From contig CAYZYT010000004.1 of assembly GCA_964482725.1 (NCBI GenBank), forward strand, positions 104,063 through 168,062: DNA of 64,000 nt. The letters are read 5' to 3'. Positions 33,563 through 44,099 of this stretch are shown here, one piece after another. The translations under genes and the position numbers were made by a program. The notes under the pieces were generated by a model that saw only the letters and a program-made list of their open reading frames with translations, ran no database searches and was not told where the DNA came from. Within the stretch, counting starts at the first letter, position 1, and every line of letters starts with the position of its first letter. Origin of the DNA: an uncultured bacterium. GTDB taxonomy: Bacteria > Omnitrophota > Omnitrophia > Omnitrophales > Aquincolibacteriaceae.

Positions 33563-34321
33563 ATGAAGAAAGAAAAAATTGCGATCATTCTTGTTTCTCC
33601 CGAGAACCCGGACAATATTGGGGCAGTGGCCCGGGCTGTCAAGAACATGGGGTTTGTGGATTTGCGTCTTGTAGCGCCCCCGAGGGCGTGGAGGTCCAAG
33701 GCCAAAAAGATGGCCGTGTCTGCAGAGGATGTCCTGAAGACAGGGGAAGAATACGTCGCGCTTCAGGATGCGATCCAGGACTTAGGGCTTGTGATAGGGA
33801 CAACGCGGCGCCTAGGCGGGCATCGCGGGACTTTCCTTTCATTCGACAGGGCGATCGCGAAGATTCGCGGGGGCTCACACCGCCAGAAAATAGGCATCGT
33901 TTTTGGGCGAGAATCCAAGGGTCTTGCCAACGAGGACAGCGCTTTATGCGACCATTTGGTGACGATCCCCACGGGACTTGCCTATCCGTCGCTTAATCTC
34001 GCGCAGGCTGTGATGGTGGTTCTTTTTGCTCTTTCCTGGGGACGGGCTGCAAAAAAAGAAGCGCCCCCTGAGAGAGCGTTGAATAAAAAAGAGATCGAGG
34101 TGACGGTCGCGCACTTTGAAGAAGCCCTTAAAGTGCTGGGATATAAAAAAGGTGGGGCGGATCTTCTGCCAAGGATCCTTCGGACTTTGCGGGGGCTCAT
34201 CAAACGAGGTGGGCTTTTAGAGCCTGAAGCGCAAATGATCAAAGGTCTTTCGAGGAAGATCCGAGAGAAAATTTCAAATGGCTCTCTGCGCGCAGAGAGA
34301 ACAACTCAAAAGGAGTCCTAA
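33563..34321 (+). CDS. SpoU/TrmH-family RNA 2'-O-methyltransferase (TrmJ-like).
   Basis: KIAIILVSPENPDNIGAVARA ... IGIVFGRESKGL ... PSLNLAQAVMVV (SPOUT knot motifs). I chose the ATG at 33563 (MKKEKIA) over the TTG at 33512 from the ORF track. Confidence 0.75.
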   Translation: MKKEKIAIILVSPENPDNIGAVARAVKNMGFVDLRLVAPPRAWRSKAKKMAVSAEDVLKTGEEYVALQDAIQDLGLVIGTTRRLGGHRGTFLSFDRAIAKIRGGSHRQKIGIVFGRESKGLANEDSALCDHLVTIPTGLAYPSLNLAQAVMVVLFALSWGRAAKKEAPPERALNKKEIEVTVAHFEEALKVLGYKKGGADLLPRILRTLRGLIKRGGLLEPEAQMIKGLSRKIREKISNGSLRAERTTQKES

Positions 34322-34325
34322 GACC

Positions 34326-34871
34326 ATGGATGAACAAGCGCTCAAACAAGCATTGTTAAAAATGATCCAGGAGAAGGCCGTGGTGCGCGGGGAGCGCACG
34401 TTGGCCTCCGGGAAAATCTCGCAGTACTATATCGATGGCAAGCAGGTCACGCTTGACGCGCAGGGGCTTTTTCTCGCTGCGAAAGTGATCCTTCATATGG
34501 CGCAGGCGGTAGGCGCGGATGCGGTCGGAGGGCCAACCCTTGGCGCGGATCCTCTCGCAGCCGCGGCATCCGTTCTGAGCTCGCAGAGTGGAAAACCGCT
34601 CAAGGCGTTCATTGTTCGCAAGGAAGCCAAGGCGCATGGGATGCAGAAAATGATCGAAGGGCCTGCCCTGCTTCCCGGGGACAAGGTGGTTATGTTGGAG
34701 GATGTGATCACGACAGGAGGCTCGGTCCTGAAAGCCATTAAAGAGGTGGAGGCACTTGGTGCAAAGATCGTAAAAACGATCTGCCTTGTGGATCGCAACG
34801 AAGGGGCTTCGGAAACGCTCGCCAGTTATCACTACTCACCGATTTTTACGTTGAGCGACCTGGGGCTGTAG
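34326..34871 (+). CDS. pyrE: Orotate phosphoribosyltransferase.
   Basis: PRPP-binding motif VMLEDVITTGGSV. The start at 34326 (MDEQALK) has an AAGGAG RBS. Confidence 0.8.
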   Translation: MDEQALKQALLKMIQEKAVVRGERTLASGKISQYYIDGKQVTLDAQGLFLAAKVILHMAQAVGADAVGGPTLGADPLAAAASVLSSQSGKPLKAFIVRKEAKAHGMQKMIEGPALLPGDKVVMLEDVITTGGSVLKAIKEVEALGAKIVKTICLVDRNEGASETLASYHYSPIFTLSDLGL

Positions 34872-34900
34872 AACCTTAGGTTGGAATTTTCCTACACATA

Positions 34901-34936
34901 AAAAAAGCGCCTCGCCGAAAGGCGAAGCGCTTTTTT
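34901..34936. terminator. Bidirectional rho-independent terminator between convergent genes.
   Basis: A7-gcgcctcgcc-gaaa-ggcgaagcgc-T6. Confidence 0.7.
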
Positions 34937-34959
34937 ATCTTCTACTCCGAAAATCTACT

Positions 34960-35478
34960 TTATTTCTTTACGTAATCGTAAGCGTTATGCTTCTTGGTCA
35001 CGTGTTTGCGTACTGGAGCGGCAGGTGTTTCCGTGACCGTCACAAGAGGTTCTTGAGACACCGGCTCAGAAACGACCGGCGCTACGACCTGCTCTTGGAC
35101 GGGAGTCTGGGCGGACTCTTCAAGGCAATTGTCATAAGACTTTGCTACGGGAAAACCATTGAATCCGGGGACCCAGAAAAGAGCGACGTCCACGATGCCC
35201 GAACTGGCACGAAGCGCCGTGCAGCCAAGACCGCCTGCCATGCCCGTTAAAGTTCCGATGAGCGCCGGTCCTTCCTTTGATCGATTCACCGTTTGAACAA
35301 AGATATCCACAGGGCTTGTGGCGACATTAACAAGACCGCGACCCAACATACCCCCGGCTTTTTCTTTATAGAGATCGGATTGCGCCATTTCCCAAGTGTC
35401 TTTTGCAAAGCTCATCGGGATCAGCAAAAAAGTGCAGAGCACAAGAGCTAACAATACTTTCGCTTTCTTCATGAACAA
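34960..35478 (-). CDS. Small secreted protein, paralog 2 (GRGLVNVATSPVDI motif).
   Basis: Signal peptide MFMKKAKVLLALVLCTFLLIPMSFA. It shares the motif with the 33165 ORF and has a Pro/Val-rich C-terminus. Confidence 0.55.
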   Translation of the reverse strand: MFMKKAKVLLALVLCTFLLIPMSFAKDTWEMAQSDLYKEKAGGMLGRGLVNVATSPVDIFVQTVNRSKEGPALIGTLTGMAGGLGCTALRASSGIVDVALFWVPGFNGFPVAKSYDNCLEESAQTPVQEQVVAPVVSEPVSQEPLVTVTETPAAPVRKHVTKKHNAYDYVKK

Positions 35479-35672
35479 CCTCCTCGTTTGAATGAATGTT
35501 TAAAGATGGCTAAGGGAACCGAAAACCTTTCCTGAAAATCGAACAGGCGTAGATACTACAATGAATAAAAATAACAAGCAATAATATTTTTATTTTGAGG
35601 AGCTGTTTTTTGTAAGCTTAACAAGGACATAGGTTTACAAAAACAGGTGAAAAGCCTAAAAACTAGCAACTA

Positions 35673-35701
35673 TTGACAATTTATAGTATGTAAGATAGAT
35701 T
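35673..35701 (+). promoter_or_regulatory. Putative sigma70-like promoter (TTGACA-17-TAGATT) in a 280-bp AT-rich spacer.
   Basis: ttgacaatttatagtatgtaagatagatt lies about 60 nt upstream of the HTH gene. Confidence 0.3.
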
Positions 35702-35762
35702 GTATTGTAGGATGTAGCTATAGTAAACGCAAAAATAGCAATAATAGACAAGGAGAACTAGA

Positions 35763-35984
35763 ATGGAACAGTCAAAAGAGCAGAGTCAAGAATATCAGTA
35801 TCCCAAGAGGGAGCGCACCCAGATCATGACGCCCAAGGAAGCGGCGAAATATCTCGGATTCCATCTTGTGACGATCTACCGCTTGCTGAAGAAGGGTGAA
35901 GTTCCGGCGACGAAGATCGGTGGTCAGTGGCGTTTCAAGAAAGACGTCCTGGATACCTGGCTGACAGACCGCATGACCCAATAA
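35763..35984 (+). CDS. Excisionase/Xis-family helix-turn-helix DNA-binding protein (73 aa).
   Basis: MTPKEAAKYLGFHLVTIYRLLKKGEVPATKIGGQWRFKKDVLDTWL matches the excisionase-family HTH pattern. It has an AAGGAGAA RBS. Confidence 0.65.
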   Translation: MEQSKEQSQEYQYPKRERTQIMTPKEAAKYLGFHLVTIYRLLKKGEVPATKIGGQWRFKKDVLDTWLTDRMTQ

Positions 35985-36024
35985 AGGATACTCGGGCTTA
36001 CGACGGTATCTTTTATAAAGATTC

Positions 36025-37140
36025 TCAGGTGAGTCGAGCCCCGGGTTTCCTTTGCGGCAGGCCTCTTTTGGGGAAAAGAGGATTCAACAGACCCTTTCTA
36101 GAGAGAAGCGCCAAAGCTATTTTTCTGTGCGGGGAAGGAAAGGCGATTTGAGGTAGCTCTGTGACCGGGAACCATCTTCCCTGTGGCCGCTTCGGAAAAG
36201 CCTTCTTTGGGCAAAAGGCTCCAAAAACCTCAAGAGTGATCCTGTATTTTGTAAAAGCATGAGGGACGGTTAAAAAAAGGACGGGCCGTGAGCAGGAAAA
36301 CCTAAGCTCTTCCAGCATTTGTTTTTTATGCGTCCAAAAAGGAAACATCCAAAGCCCGCCCCACCGTCCCTGTACCGGTTGTTTTTCAAGCCAGAACTCA
36401 TTCCGAGGGTTTCGCAGTACCAAGGCGGCCATCCTTAGCTTTTCATAGCTGCTTTTTTGAGAACGAACGGGATAAAAAAGCTCCTTTCCCTTCTGATGGG
36501 CGGCGCATATTTTTTTTACAGGGCATCGGGCGCACTGCGGGTTTGCGGGGAAGCAGACTGTGGCGCCTAGCTCCATTAGCGACTGATTAAGGTCCCCAGG
36601 ATTTTTACCTGGGAGGAGCGAAGCCGCCATAGACCAAAGTTTTTCCAAGGTTGCAGGTTGATCCACGCTTTCAGGGATAGCGAAGATCCTTGAGAGGATG
36701 CGGATCACATTTCCGTCAAGCACGGGTGTTTTTTCACCCCAGGCGATGCTCGCGATCGCTCCGGCGGTATAACGGCCAATACCGGGAAGCTTTTTCAGCT
36801 CTTCCGCAGTCTCGGGGATCTTTCCCTGTAGCTGTCTTTGAGTGAAAATGGCTGCTTCATGGAACATCCGCACTCTTCGGTAATAGCCTAGCCCAGCCCA
36901 AAGCTTCAGGGCCTTTGACAAAGGAGCGCGCGCCAGGGCGGAAAGAGACGGGAAAGTTTTAAGCCAACGCTTATAGTAAGGAATGACCGTTGCGACCTGC
37001 GTCTGTTGGAGCATGATCTCGGAGACCCAGATCTTGTAAGGATCGCGGGTGTGGCGCCAGGGGAGGTCTCTTTTGTTCCGGGAGTACCATCGGAGAAGTG
37101 CGAGACGGAGTTTCAGCCGGGACGCGGTGGATTTATGCAT
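36025..37140 (-). CDS. mutY: A/G-specific adenine DNA glycosylase.
   Basis: HhH-GPD domain LPGIGRYTAGAIASIAWGE, [4Fe-4S] Cys cluster C-x6-C-x2-C-x5-C and a NUDIX-like C-terminus. I chose the start MHKSTASR at 37140, not the upstream extension. Confidence 0.8.
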   Translation of the reverse strand: MHKSTASRLKLRLALLRWYSRNKRDLPWRHTRDPYKIWVSEIMLQQTQVATVIPYYKRWLKTFPSLSALARAPLSKALKLWAGLGYYRRVRMFHEAAIFTQRQLQGKIPETAEELKKLPGIGRYTAGAIASIAWGEKTPVLDGNVIRILSRIFAIPESVDQPATLEKLWSMAASLLPGKNPGDLNQSLMELGATVCFPANPQCARCPVKKICAAHQKGKELFYPVRSQKSSYEKLRMAALVLRNPRNEFWLEKQPVQGRWGGLWMFPFWTHKKQMLEELRFSCSRPVLFLTVPHAFTKYRITLEVFGAFCPKKAFPKRPQGRWFPVTELPQIAFPSPHRKIALALLSRKGLLNPLFPKRGLPQRKPGARLT

Positions 37141-37331
37141 AGGAGTATCATATCGGGTCAGGGTGGGGGCGACAAGGGGGATAAGAAATGATAAAAAAGG
37201 ATAAAGGAAACACTTGGGAGGACGATAATCTCTAGGAATATTAGAGGTTGTCGATGGCAGCAAGTTGTGGCACAATAAAAACAAGTAAGCGGTACTGTTC
37301 CAAGGCTTTAAAAACCAAGGGAGAAAAAACA

Positions 37332-37673
37332 ATGAAGAAAATCATGAGTCTCGTAGTGGTACTTTCCATGCTTCTCGCGCCGATCGCTTTTGCAGCGAGT
37401 CCGTGGACCGAAGAAAAAACCTATGGTGACAGGGTCACCGGCAAGCTCGTGTTCGGTCTCCAGAACACGGTGCTCGGCTGGATCCAGCTCTTCGCCGTTC
37501 CTAACCAATATGCCAATGAAGGCAAGAACGTGTGGTCCGGCATTGGACAGGGTTTGGTTGAAGCGACTGTATGCACGATCGGTGGCGCTCTTCAGCTGGT
37601 TACCTTCCCGATCCCTGCAGATCTTCCGCTCCCGAACAACGGTGTGGATCTCAGCGGCGCAGCAAAGAAGTAA
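37332..37673 (+). CDS. Small secreted protein, paralog 3.
   Basis: Signal peptide MKKIMSLVVVLSMLLAPIAFA and GGGAG RBS. GKLVFGLQNTVLGW resembles the paralog motif. A terminator follows. Confidence 0.55.
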   Translation: MKKIMSLVVVLSMLLAPIAFAASPWTEEKTYGDRVTGKLVFGLQNTVLGWIQLFAVPNQYANEGKNVWSGIGQGLVEATVCTIGGALQLVTFPIPADLPLPNNGVDLSGAAKK

Positions 37674-37690
37674 ACAAGGTTTTAGCTTTT

Positions 37691-37729
37691 CAAAAGCACC
37701 GGGCCTCAAAACCCGGTGCTTTTTTTTTA
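37691..37729 (+). terminator. Rho-independent terminator.
   Basis: agcaccggg-cctcaaaa-cccggtgct followed by T9. Confidence 0.7.
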
Positions 37730-37990
37730 ACTCCTGCCGGTTTCAATCAAAAAGCGCATCGACCCAATCCTTCGCAGCCTTTTTCGATGCCTTTCTCAGA
37801 TAATTCCTTTGGGAGGGTTTCACGCGCGTTCTGGGGTTGATGGCCCAACCGTGGCGGGGTTTCGGCGTTTTGAAGGATTTTTTCTTTTTCTCCATTTTTA
37901 TCCTCTTTTTGGATGACCGAGGAAGGTCATGGAGGGAGCATAGCCTTAAATCTGGTTTTTCGTGATGCGTCCTCCGCCTGTCTTCTTCCC

Positions 37991-38779
37991 CTAGCCAAGC
38001 CTTTTGAACGGTTTCAGGGCAGCAAGCATTTTCGTATGGATCAAGCCATTCGTGGCGAGGTTCTGCAATCCTAAAAGGGTCAAGGGGGTTCCTGAGAAAT
38101 CCGTGAGTTTTCCGCCCGCTTCCTCGACGATCATCATTCCGCCCGCTTTGTCCCACGGAGAGAGCTTCATTTCATAATAACCGTCAAAACGGCCGCAGGC
38201 CACATAGCAGAGATCGATCGCGGCCGACCCTCCGCGGCGTATACCCTGGATCTGAGTTAGGAAGACGCGGAGCATGTCGAGATAATCATCCGGGTTCTTG
38301 TTGCGGTCATACGGGAAGCCGGTCGCGAGGAGAGAGTCCGAGAGCGTTTTTACCTTTGAAACATGAATACGCTTCCCGTTCAAAGTCGCGCCTTGGCCGC
38401 GTTCCGCGAAGAAAAGTTCCTTACGGAAAGGATCGAACACGCCGCCCATTTCAAGGCGCCCATCTTTTTCGAAGGCGATCGAGACTGAGACGATGGGGAA
38501 GCCGTGCGCGAAATTCGTCGTTCCATCGATGGGGTCGATAATCCAGCGGCATTCAGAGCCCAGGACGGCCGGGGATTCCTCGGCCAGGATCGAATGACCG
38601 GGGAAGCGCTTCAGGATGAGCTCTACAACCGCCTTTTCGGAGGCCTTGTCGATCTCGGTCACGAGGTTGAATGTGCCCTTTTTCGTGATCTTCTGTTCCT
38701 TGCCGAAGTTCGCCCGGATGATCTTTCCGGCCCTGGTGAGGGCTTCCAAGAGCGTTCTTTTAATTTTGGTGTTCTTCAT
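37991..38779 (-). CDS. suhB: Inositol monophosphatase family protein.
   Basis: WIIDPIDGTTNFAHGFP and DLCYVACGRFDGY motifs. Confidence 0.8.
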   Translation of the reverse strand: MKNTKIKRTLLEALTRAGKIIRANFGKEQKITKKGTFNLVTEIDKASEKAVVELILKRFPGHSILAEESPAVLGSECRWIIDPIDGTTNFAHGFPIVSVSIAFEKDGRLEMGGVFDPFRKELFFAERGQGATLNGKRIHVSKVKTLSDSLLATGFPYDRNKNPDDYLDMLRVFLTQIQGIRRGGSAAIDLCYVACGRFDGYYEMKLSPWDKAGGMMIVEEAGGKLTDFSGTPLTLLGLQNLATNGLIHTKMLAALKPFKRLG

Positions 38780-38951
38780 ATAAAATACGAGTCCTTTTGA
38801 TGAACCGGGTTGCGGGGACAGGGCATTCTATCGGAACTGCTTCCTAGCCGCAACTCATTGAGATATTTAAAGATGTTTATCCGCTTTTTCCGCTTTCGGA
38901 CGGGATCCCGCCATCGGGCGGCGGTGCGGGGATGACAGGAAAAGGAGAAAA

Positions 38952-40034
38952 ATGAAATCTTATCGCGTCACACTGATTCCCGGCGACGGCGTCGGGCCTG
39001 AACTGGCAGAGGCAACGAAGGCATGTCTTGAGGCCACAGGTGTTCAATTTGATTGGGACATTCAGACCGCGGGGATGGATGTGATGGCGAGCGAAGGAAC
39101 GCCGCTCCCGGAGCGTGTGTTGGAATCCATTCGCAAAAATAAAGTCGCAATCAAATCCCCGCTCACAACTCCCGTCGGCACAGGATTCCGTTCCGTGAAC
39201 GTGGCGCTTCGCAAGGAGCTCGATCTTTACGCGTGTCTCCGGCCTTGCAAATCCTATGAGGGCGTCCGCTCCCGTTACAAGAATATCGATCTGGTGATCG
39301 TGCGCGAGAACACCGAAGACCTTTATGCGGGCATCGAATTCCAGAAAGGAACTCCGGAAGCTCTGGAATTGATCGCGGACATCGAAAAGCTTTCCAAAAG
39401 GAAGATTCGTTCCGATTCCGGCGTAAGCATCAAGCCGATCTCGGTCATGGGGAGCGAGCGCATTGTGAAGTTCGCGTTCGATTATGCCCGGCAGTACAAA
39501 CGCAAAAAAGTCACAGCCGTTCATAAAGCCAATATCATGAAGTTCTCGGATGGACTTTTCCTCGAGGTCGCGCGCGAAGTGGCGAAAAAATATCCCGACA
39601 TCCAGTTCGAGGACCGGATCGTGGACAATATGTGCATGCAGCTTGTGCAAAAGCCCGAGCTTTATGATGTGCTGGTTCTTCCGAATCTTTACGGGGATAT
39701 TCTCTCCGATCTTTGCGCAGGGCTGGTCGGCGGCCTGGGCGTGGCCCCCGGCGCCAATATCGGGACGAATGGCGCCCTTTTTGAGGCGACCCACGGTTCC
39801 GCCCCGAAGTATAAAGGTCTCAATAAAGTAAATCCTGTGGCCTTGATCCTCTCGGGCGTTTTGATGCTCCAGCATCTGGGAGAAACTGAGGCCGCGAAGC
39901 GTTTGGAAAAAGCTGTCGCCGATGTTATGCGCGAAGGCAAAGATGTGACTTACGATCTGAAAGATGACCGCAATGATCCTACGGCGGTCGGGACCCGGGA
40001 AATGGGCGAGGCGATCATTAAAAAATTAAGGTGA
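38952..40034 (+). CDS. icd: Isocitrate dehydrogenase of the isopropylmalate/isocitrate dehydrogenase family (likely NAD-type).
   Basis: [10 protein letters not shown]-terminus, [10 protein letters not shown] metal-binding region, and a TCA-gene neighbourhood. Confidence 0.7.
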   Translation: MKSYRVTLIPGDGVGPELAEATKACLEATGVQFDWDIQTAGMDVMASEGTPLPERVLESIRKNKVAIKSPLTTPVGTGFRSVNVALRKELDLYACLRPCKSYEGVRSRYKNIDLVIVRENTEDLYAGIEFQKGTPEALELIADIEKLSKRKIRSDSGVSIKPISVMGSERIVKFAFDYARQYKRKKVTAVHKANIMKFSDGLFLEVAREVAKKYPDIQFEDRIVDNMCMQLVQKPELYDVLVLPNLYGDILSDLCAGLVGGLGVAPGANIGTNGALFEATHGSAPKYKGLNKVNPVALILSGVLMLQHLGETEAAKRLEKAVADVMREGKDVTYDLKDDRNDPTAVGTREMGEAIIKKLR

Positions 40035-40140
40035 ACCCCACCAGGGGCCTGGTCAAGGCACCAGGCGGGTAACGGCAAACGAGAGACTAGCGTTTTTTCG
40101 GTCCACGGTCCCCGGGAGACGTTTACGGAGGAGGAAAAGC

Positions 40141-40548
40141 ATGTCGCATATTGTTTGGGATGAAAAATACAGCGTGAACATCGAAGTGATCGATGAACAG
40201 CACAAGAAGATCATCGAAGTGTTGGGGAATCTTTTCGAAGAAATGGGGAAAAAGAAAAGCCGCGAGGTGCTGAAAGCCATTCTTGATCAGATGATTTGGT
40301 ATGCGGGGGAGCATTTTGCAACGGAAGAGATATTCATGAAGCAGTATGGCTTTCCGGGCTATGAAGAGCACAAAAAAGAACACGAGGCCTTCAAAGGGAA
40401 GGTCACTATTTTTCAGAAGGATTTTGCCGCGGGGAAGGAATCGCTTTCCGCCAACATGGTTCGTTTTTTAACCGAGTGGCTCGATCATCATATTGTGGAA
40501 ATTGATAAACAATATGGACCGTTCCTGAATGAAAAAGGGATTTGTTGA
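40141..40548 (+). CDS. Hemerythrin-like (bacteriohemerythrin) protein.
   Basis: The H...HF..EE...H...H..EH iron-ligand pattern is present: [30 protein letters not shown]. Its stop overlaps the acnA start (TGATG). Confidence 0.75.
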   Translation: MSHIVWDEKYSVNIEVIDEQHKKIIEVLGNLFEEMGKKKSREVLKAILDQMIWYAGEHFATEEIFMKQYGFPGYEEHKKEHEAFKGKVTIFQKDFAAGKESLSANMVRFLTEWLDHHIVEIDKQYGPFLNEKGIC

Positions 40549-43238
40549 TGAGCCTTTTGAATAGCTTTGGCAGTAAGGTGACCCTTCGGATCGCGGGGAA
40601 AGACTACACGATCTATCGTCTGCGCGCGCTTCAGGAATGCGGCATTGCCAAGGTTTTAAAGCTGCCTTACTCCATCCGCGTGCTGCTCGAGAACTTGCTT
40701 CGCAATGAAGACGGCAAGAATGTCACGCGCAAGGACATTGAGCGGCTTGCGACCTGGGACCCGACCCGCAAAGCCGAACATGAGATCGCCTTTACGCCCG
40801 CCCGCGTTTTGCTGCAGGATTTTACGGGTGTTCCGGCGGTCGTGGATCTTGCCGCCATGCGCGAAGCGATGGTCAAGATGGGCGGCGATCCTAAAAAGAT
40901 CAACCCGCTCCAGCCCGTAGACCTTGTGATCGACCATTCCGTGCAGACGGATTTTTCGGGGACCTCCGAAGCGTTCGCGAAAAATATCGCCAAAGAATTC
41001 GAACGCAACCAGGAACGCTATCAATTCCTCAAATGGGGCCAGCAGGCCTTCCGTGATTTTCGCGTTGTGCCTCCCGCGACTGGCATCATCCATCAGGTGA
41101 ATCTCGAATATTTATCTCCCGTGATCTTCAGTAAAAAAGAAGGCGGTAAGACCTTTCTTTATCCGGATACGCTGGTGGGCACGGATTCGCACACGACCAT
41201 GATCAACGGCTTAGGTGTTTTGGGCTGGGGGGCCGGAGGGATCGAGGCGGAGGCCGCCATGCTCGGCCAGCCGATCTCGATGTTGATCCCCGAGGTGGTG
41301 GGGTTCAAATTCACCGGGAAATTGTCTGAAGGTGTGACGGCGACAGACCTTGTGCTGACCGTCACACAAATGCTCCGCAAAAAAGGTGTGGTCGGAAAGT
41401 TCGTGGAGTTTTTCGGTCCCGGCGTTAGCGCCTTGCCGCTCGCGGACCGCGCCGTGGTCGCGAATATGGCGCCCGAGTATGGCGCGACGGCCGGATTTTT
41501 TCCGGTGGACCAGGAAACGCTCAATTTTCTCAGGCTGACCGGGCGAAGCGAAGAGCAGATCAAGCTGGCTGAAACTTATTTGAAGGCGCAGGGACTTTTC
41601 CGGGAACCCGGAGAAGAAAAGATCGTTTATTCCGACACGGTGGAGTTGGACCTTGCGAGCGTCGTTCCGAGTCTCGCGGGGCCCAAGCGTCCGCAGGACC
41701 GTGTGACGCTCAAAGAAGTAAAGCCTTCCTTCAAGAAGATGCTTGTAGAGACAGTGAAAAAGAAGGTCGATCTTACGAAAAAAGCCTTGCTGGAGATCGA
41801 CGGAGAAAAATGTGAACTCGAGCAAGGAGCCGTCGTGATCGCGTCCATCACGAGCTGCACCAATACCTCCAATCCTTCTGTCATGCTAGCGGCTGGGATC
41901 CTGGCGAAAAAAGCGCTTCAAAAAGGCCTGACCGTGAAGCCGTGGGTGAAGACAAGCCTCGCTCCGGGCTCTCAGGTGGTGACGGATTATCTCGCGGCGA
42001 GCGGGCTTCTTTCCTGTCTCGAGGTGCTGAAATTCAATCTTGCGGGGTATGGATGCATGACATGTATCGGGAATTCCGGTCCCTTGGCCGCGCCGGTGTC
42101 CAAAGCGATCAGCGAAAAAGACTTGGTGGTGGCGTCGGTTCTTTCCGGGAACCGTAATTTCGAGGGGCGGGTGCACGCGCAGGTCCGTGCGAATTATCTC
42201 GCGTCGCCGCCGCTTGTGGTGGCTTACGCGATCGCGGGAACGGTGCTGATCGATCTTGAAAAAGATTCTCTGGGTAAGGGGAAGAACGGAAAGCCGGTTT
42301 ATCTGCGGGATATTTGGCCAAGCTCTGCGGAGATCCGGGAAGCTCTTAAGAGCGTGGACCCGGCGATGTTCCGAAAGCGCTACCTCAATGCTTTTGAGGG
42401 GAACGAAGCCTGGCGTTCTCTCAGGGCTCCCGCGGGCGATACTTTTGAATGGGACAAAAATTCAGTTTACGTGAAGTCCCCGCCTTATTTCAAAAAAATG
42501 GCAGTTTTACCGGCGGACCTTAAAGACATCAAGAACGCCCGAGTGCTGGCGGTGCTCGGAGATTCGATCACGACCGACCATATTTCTCCTGCCGGCTCCA
42601 TTGCTCCGGCAAGTCCCGCCGGGAAATATCTGATCGAACAAGGGATCTCCCCCGGGGATTTTAATTCTTACGGCGCGCGACGTGGGAATCATGAAGTCAT
42701 GATGCGCGGCACGTTTGCCAATATCCGTTTGAAGAACCTGCTTGTACCGGGCGTGGAAGGTGGGATGACGAAGTATTTCCCGGAAAAAGGAAAAGGCGTG
42801 GCGATGCCGATCTTTGACGCGGCGATGAAGTATGCCGAAGACAATCGTCCGCTTGTGATCCTTGCGGGAAAAGAATATGGGTCCGGATCTTCGCGCGATT
42901 GGGCGGCCAAAGGTCCCGCGCTCCTGGGCGTTCGCGCCGTGATCGCGGAAAGCTATGAAAGGATCCACCGAAGCAATCTGATCGGGATGGGCATTCTGCC
43001 GCTCCAATTTTTTCAGGGCCAGAACGCGGCTTCTTTTAAATTAACCGGCGAAGAGATCTTCACGGTCGAGGGTGTCGCGAAGGGGCTGAAGCCCGGCAAG
43101 ATCCTTACGGTCAAGGTTTTGGGTGCCGGGGAAGCCAATGTTTTCGAAGTGGTTTGCCGCATTGATACTCCCGTTGAGATCGAATACTACCGCCATGGCG
43201 GTATCCTCCAATACGTCCTGCGACAGTTGTTGAAATAA
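40548..43238 (+). CDS. acnA: Aconitate hydratase A.
   Basis: Length of ~897 aa, and the Fe-S Cys ligands SITSCTNTS and CMTCIGNSG. Confidence 0.9.
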   Translation: MSLLNSFGSKVTLRIAGKDYTIYRLRALQECGIAKVLKLPYSIRVLLENLLRNEDGKNVTRKDIERLATWDPTRKAEHEIAFTPARVLLQDFTGVPAVVDLAAMREAMVKMGGDPKKINPLQPVDLVIDHSVQTDFSGTSEAFAKNIAKEFERNQERYQFLKWGQQAFRDFRVVPPATGIIHQVNLEYLSPVIFSKKEGGKTFLYPDTLVGTDSHTTMINGLGVLGWGAGGIEAEAAMLGQPISMLIPEVVGFKFTGKLSEGVTATDLVLTVTQMLRKKGVVGKFVEFFGPGVSALPLADRAVVANMAPEYGATAGFFPVDQETLNFLRLTGRSEEQIKLAETYLKAQGLFREPGEEKIVYSDTVELDLASVVPSLAGPKRPQDRVTLKEVKPSFKKMLVETVKKKVDLTKKALLEIDGEKCELEQGAVVIASITSCTNTSNPSVMLAAGILAKKALQKGLTVKPWVKTSLAPGSQVVTDYLAASGLLSCLEVLKFNLAGYGCMTCIGNSGPLAAPVSKAISEKDLVVASVLSGNRNFEGRVHAQVRANYLASPPLVVAYAIAGTVLIDLEKDSLGKGKNGKPVYLRDIWPSSAEIREALKSVDPAMFRKRYLNAFEGNEAWRSLRAPAGDTFEWDKNSVYVKSPPYFKKMAVLPADLKDIKNARVLAVLGDSITTDHISPAGSIAPASPAGKYLIEQGISPGDFNSYGARRGNHEVMMRGTFANIRLKNLLVPGVEGGMTKYFPEKGKGVAMPIFDAAMKYAEDNRPLVILAGKEYGSGSSRDWAAKGPALLGVRAVIAESYERIHRSNLIGMGILPLQFFQGQNAASFKLTGEEIFTVEGVAKGLKPGKILTVKVLGAGEANVFEVVCRIDTPVEIEYYRHGGILQYVLRQLLK

Positions 43239-43241
43239 AAA

Positions 43242-43262
43242 AGGTGCCGCACGGCACCTGTT
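43242..43262 (+). terminator. Weak hairpin after acnA (ggtgccg-cac-cggcacc) without a strong T-tract.
   Basis: A GC hairpin preceded by an A-run. Followed by gttcgg only. Confidence 0.25.
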
Positions 43263-43316
43263 CGGTCCTTAGCCATGCGTTCGTTGCTTTGAGAAAATAA
43301 ACCGGAAGAAAAATCC

Positions 43317-44054
43317 ATGCGCGCAGAAGAAGATCTTTATGTGGAGACGGGATACAAGATCCTTTATGAGGATGAGTTCTTTCTCGTGGTGGATAAACCG
43401 GCGCCGCTGCCGGTGCATGCCGTGGGACGTTTTCAAGAAAAGAATTTGCTCAGTCTTTTAATAAAAGATCTTCGGCCGGGAGGCGAAGGCTTGAGGATCG
43501 TAAACCGGCTTGATTCGGAGACAAGCGGACTTGTGCTGGTTGCAAAATCGGCGCCAATGGCCGGGAAACTCGGCATCCTTTTCGAAAACAGGCAAGTGGT
43601 GAAAGAATATCACACCGTGGTTTTCGGAACGCCCGAAGCGCAAGCGGGAACGATCTCGGCGTCTCTGGGGCTTAAGGTGGATAGCGGTCATAATATCCGC
43701 AGTTCCGATCCCGAGGGCGAAAAGGCGCAAACCGATTATCAGGTCTTAAGCAGTTCGGGGGGATATTCTCTTCTCAAAGTAATGCCGCGGACAGGGCGAA
43801 CGCACCAGATCCGCGCCCACCTTTCATTCTTGGGCCATCCCATTGTGGGGGACAAGATCTACATCGATCCGCGTATCTTTGAACGCTACATTCACGAAGG
43901 ATGGCTGGAAGACATGCGGCCCGTCGTGAAGGCCGAGCGTCTTCTTTTACATGCTTCGGGATTAGAATTTCGTCATCCCGTGACCGGAGAGCTTGCAAAA
44001 TTCACGTCAGAGATCCCGTCCTGCTTCGATTCATTCTTAAATGAGAAAAAATGA
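43317..44054 (+). CDS. RluA-family pseudouridine synthase.
   Basis: HRLDSETSGLVLVAK catalytic Asp motif and HQIRAHLSFLGHPIVGD. Confidence 0.8.
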   Translation: MRAEEDLYVETGYKILYEDEFFLVVDKPAPLPVHAVGRFQEKNLLSLLIKDLRPGGEGLRIVNRLDSETSGLVLVAKSAPMAGKLGILFENRQVVKEYHTVVFGTPEAQAGTISASLGLKVDSGHNIRSSDPEGEKAQTDYQVLSSSGGYSLLKVMPRTGRTHQIRAHLSFLGHPIVGDKIYIDPRIFERYIHEGWLEDMRPVVKAERLLLHASGLEFRHPVTGELAKFTSEIPSCFDSFLNEKK

Positions 44055-44099
44055 ACACGCTTTGGGTTGATGTGTCTGGAAAGTAGGCGGAATTTCTGA

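Noticed and set aside
35479-37332. Integrated prophage or ICE around the Xis-like HTH gene.
   Set aside because: There is no integrase, recombinase, direct-repeat att sites or tRNA target. The flanking genes are housekeeping (pyrE, mutY).
43242-43262. Strong intrinsic terminator after acnA.
   Set aside because: The hairpin is present but lacks a downstream T-tract. I kept it only as a low-confidence feature.
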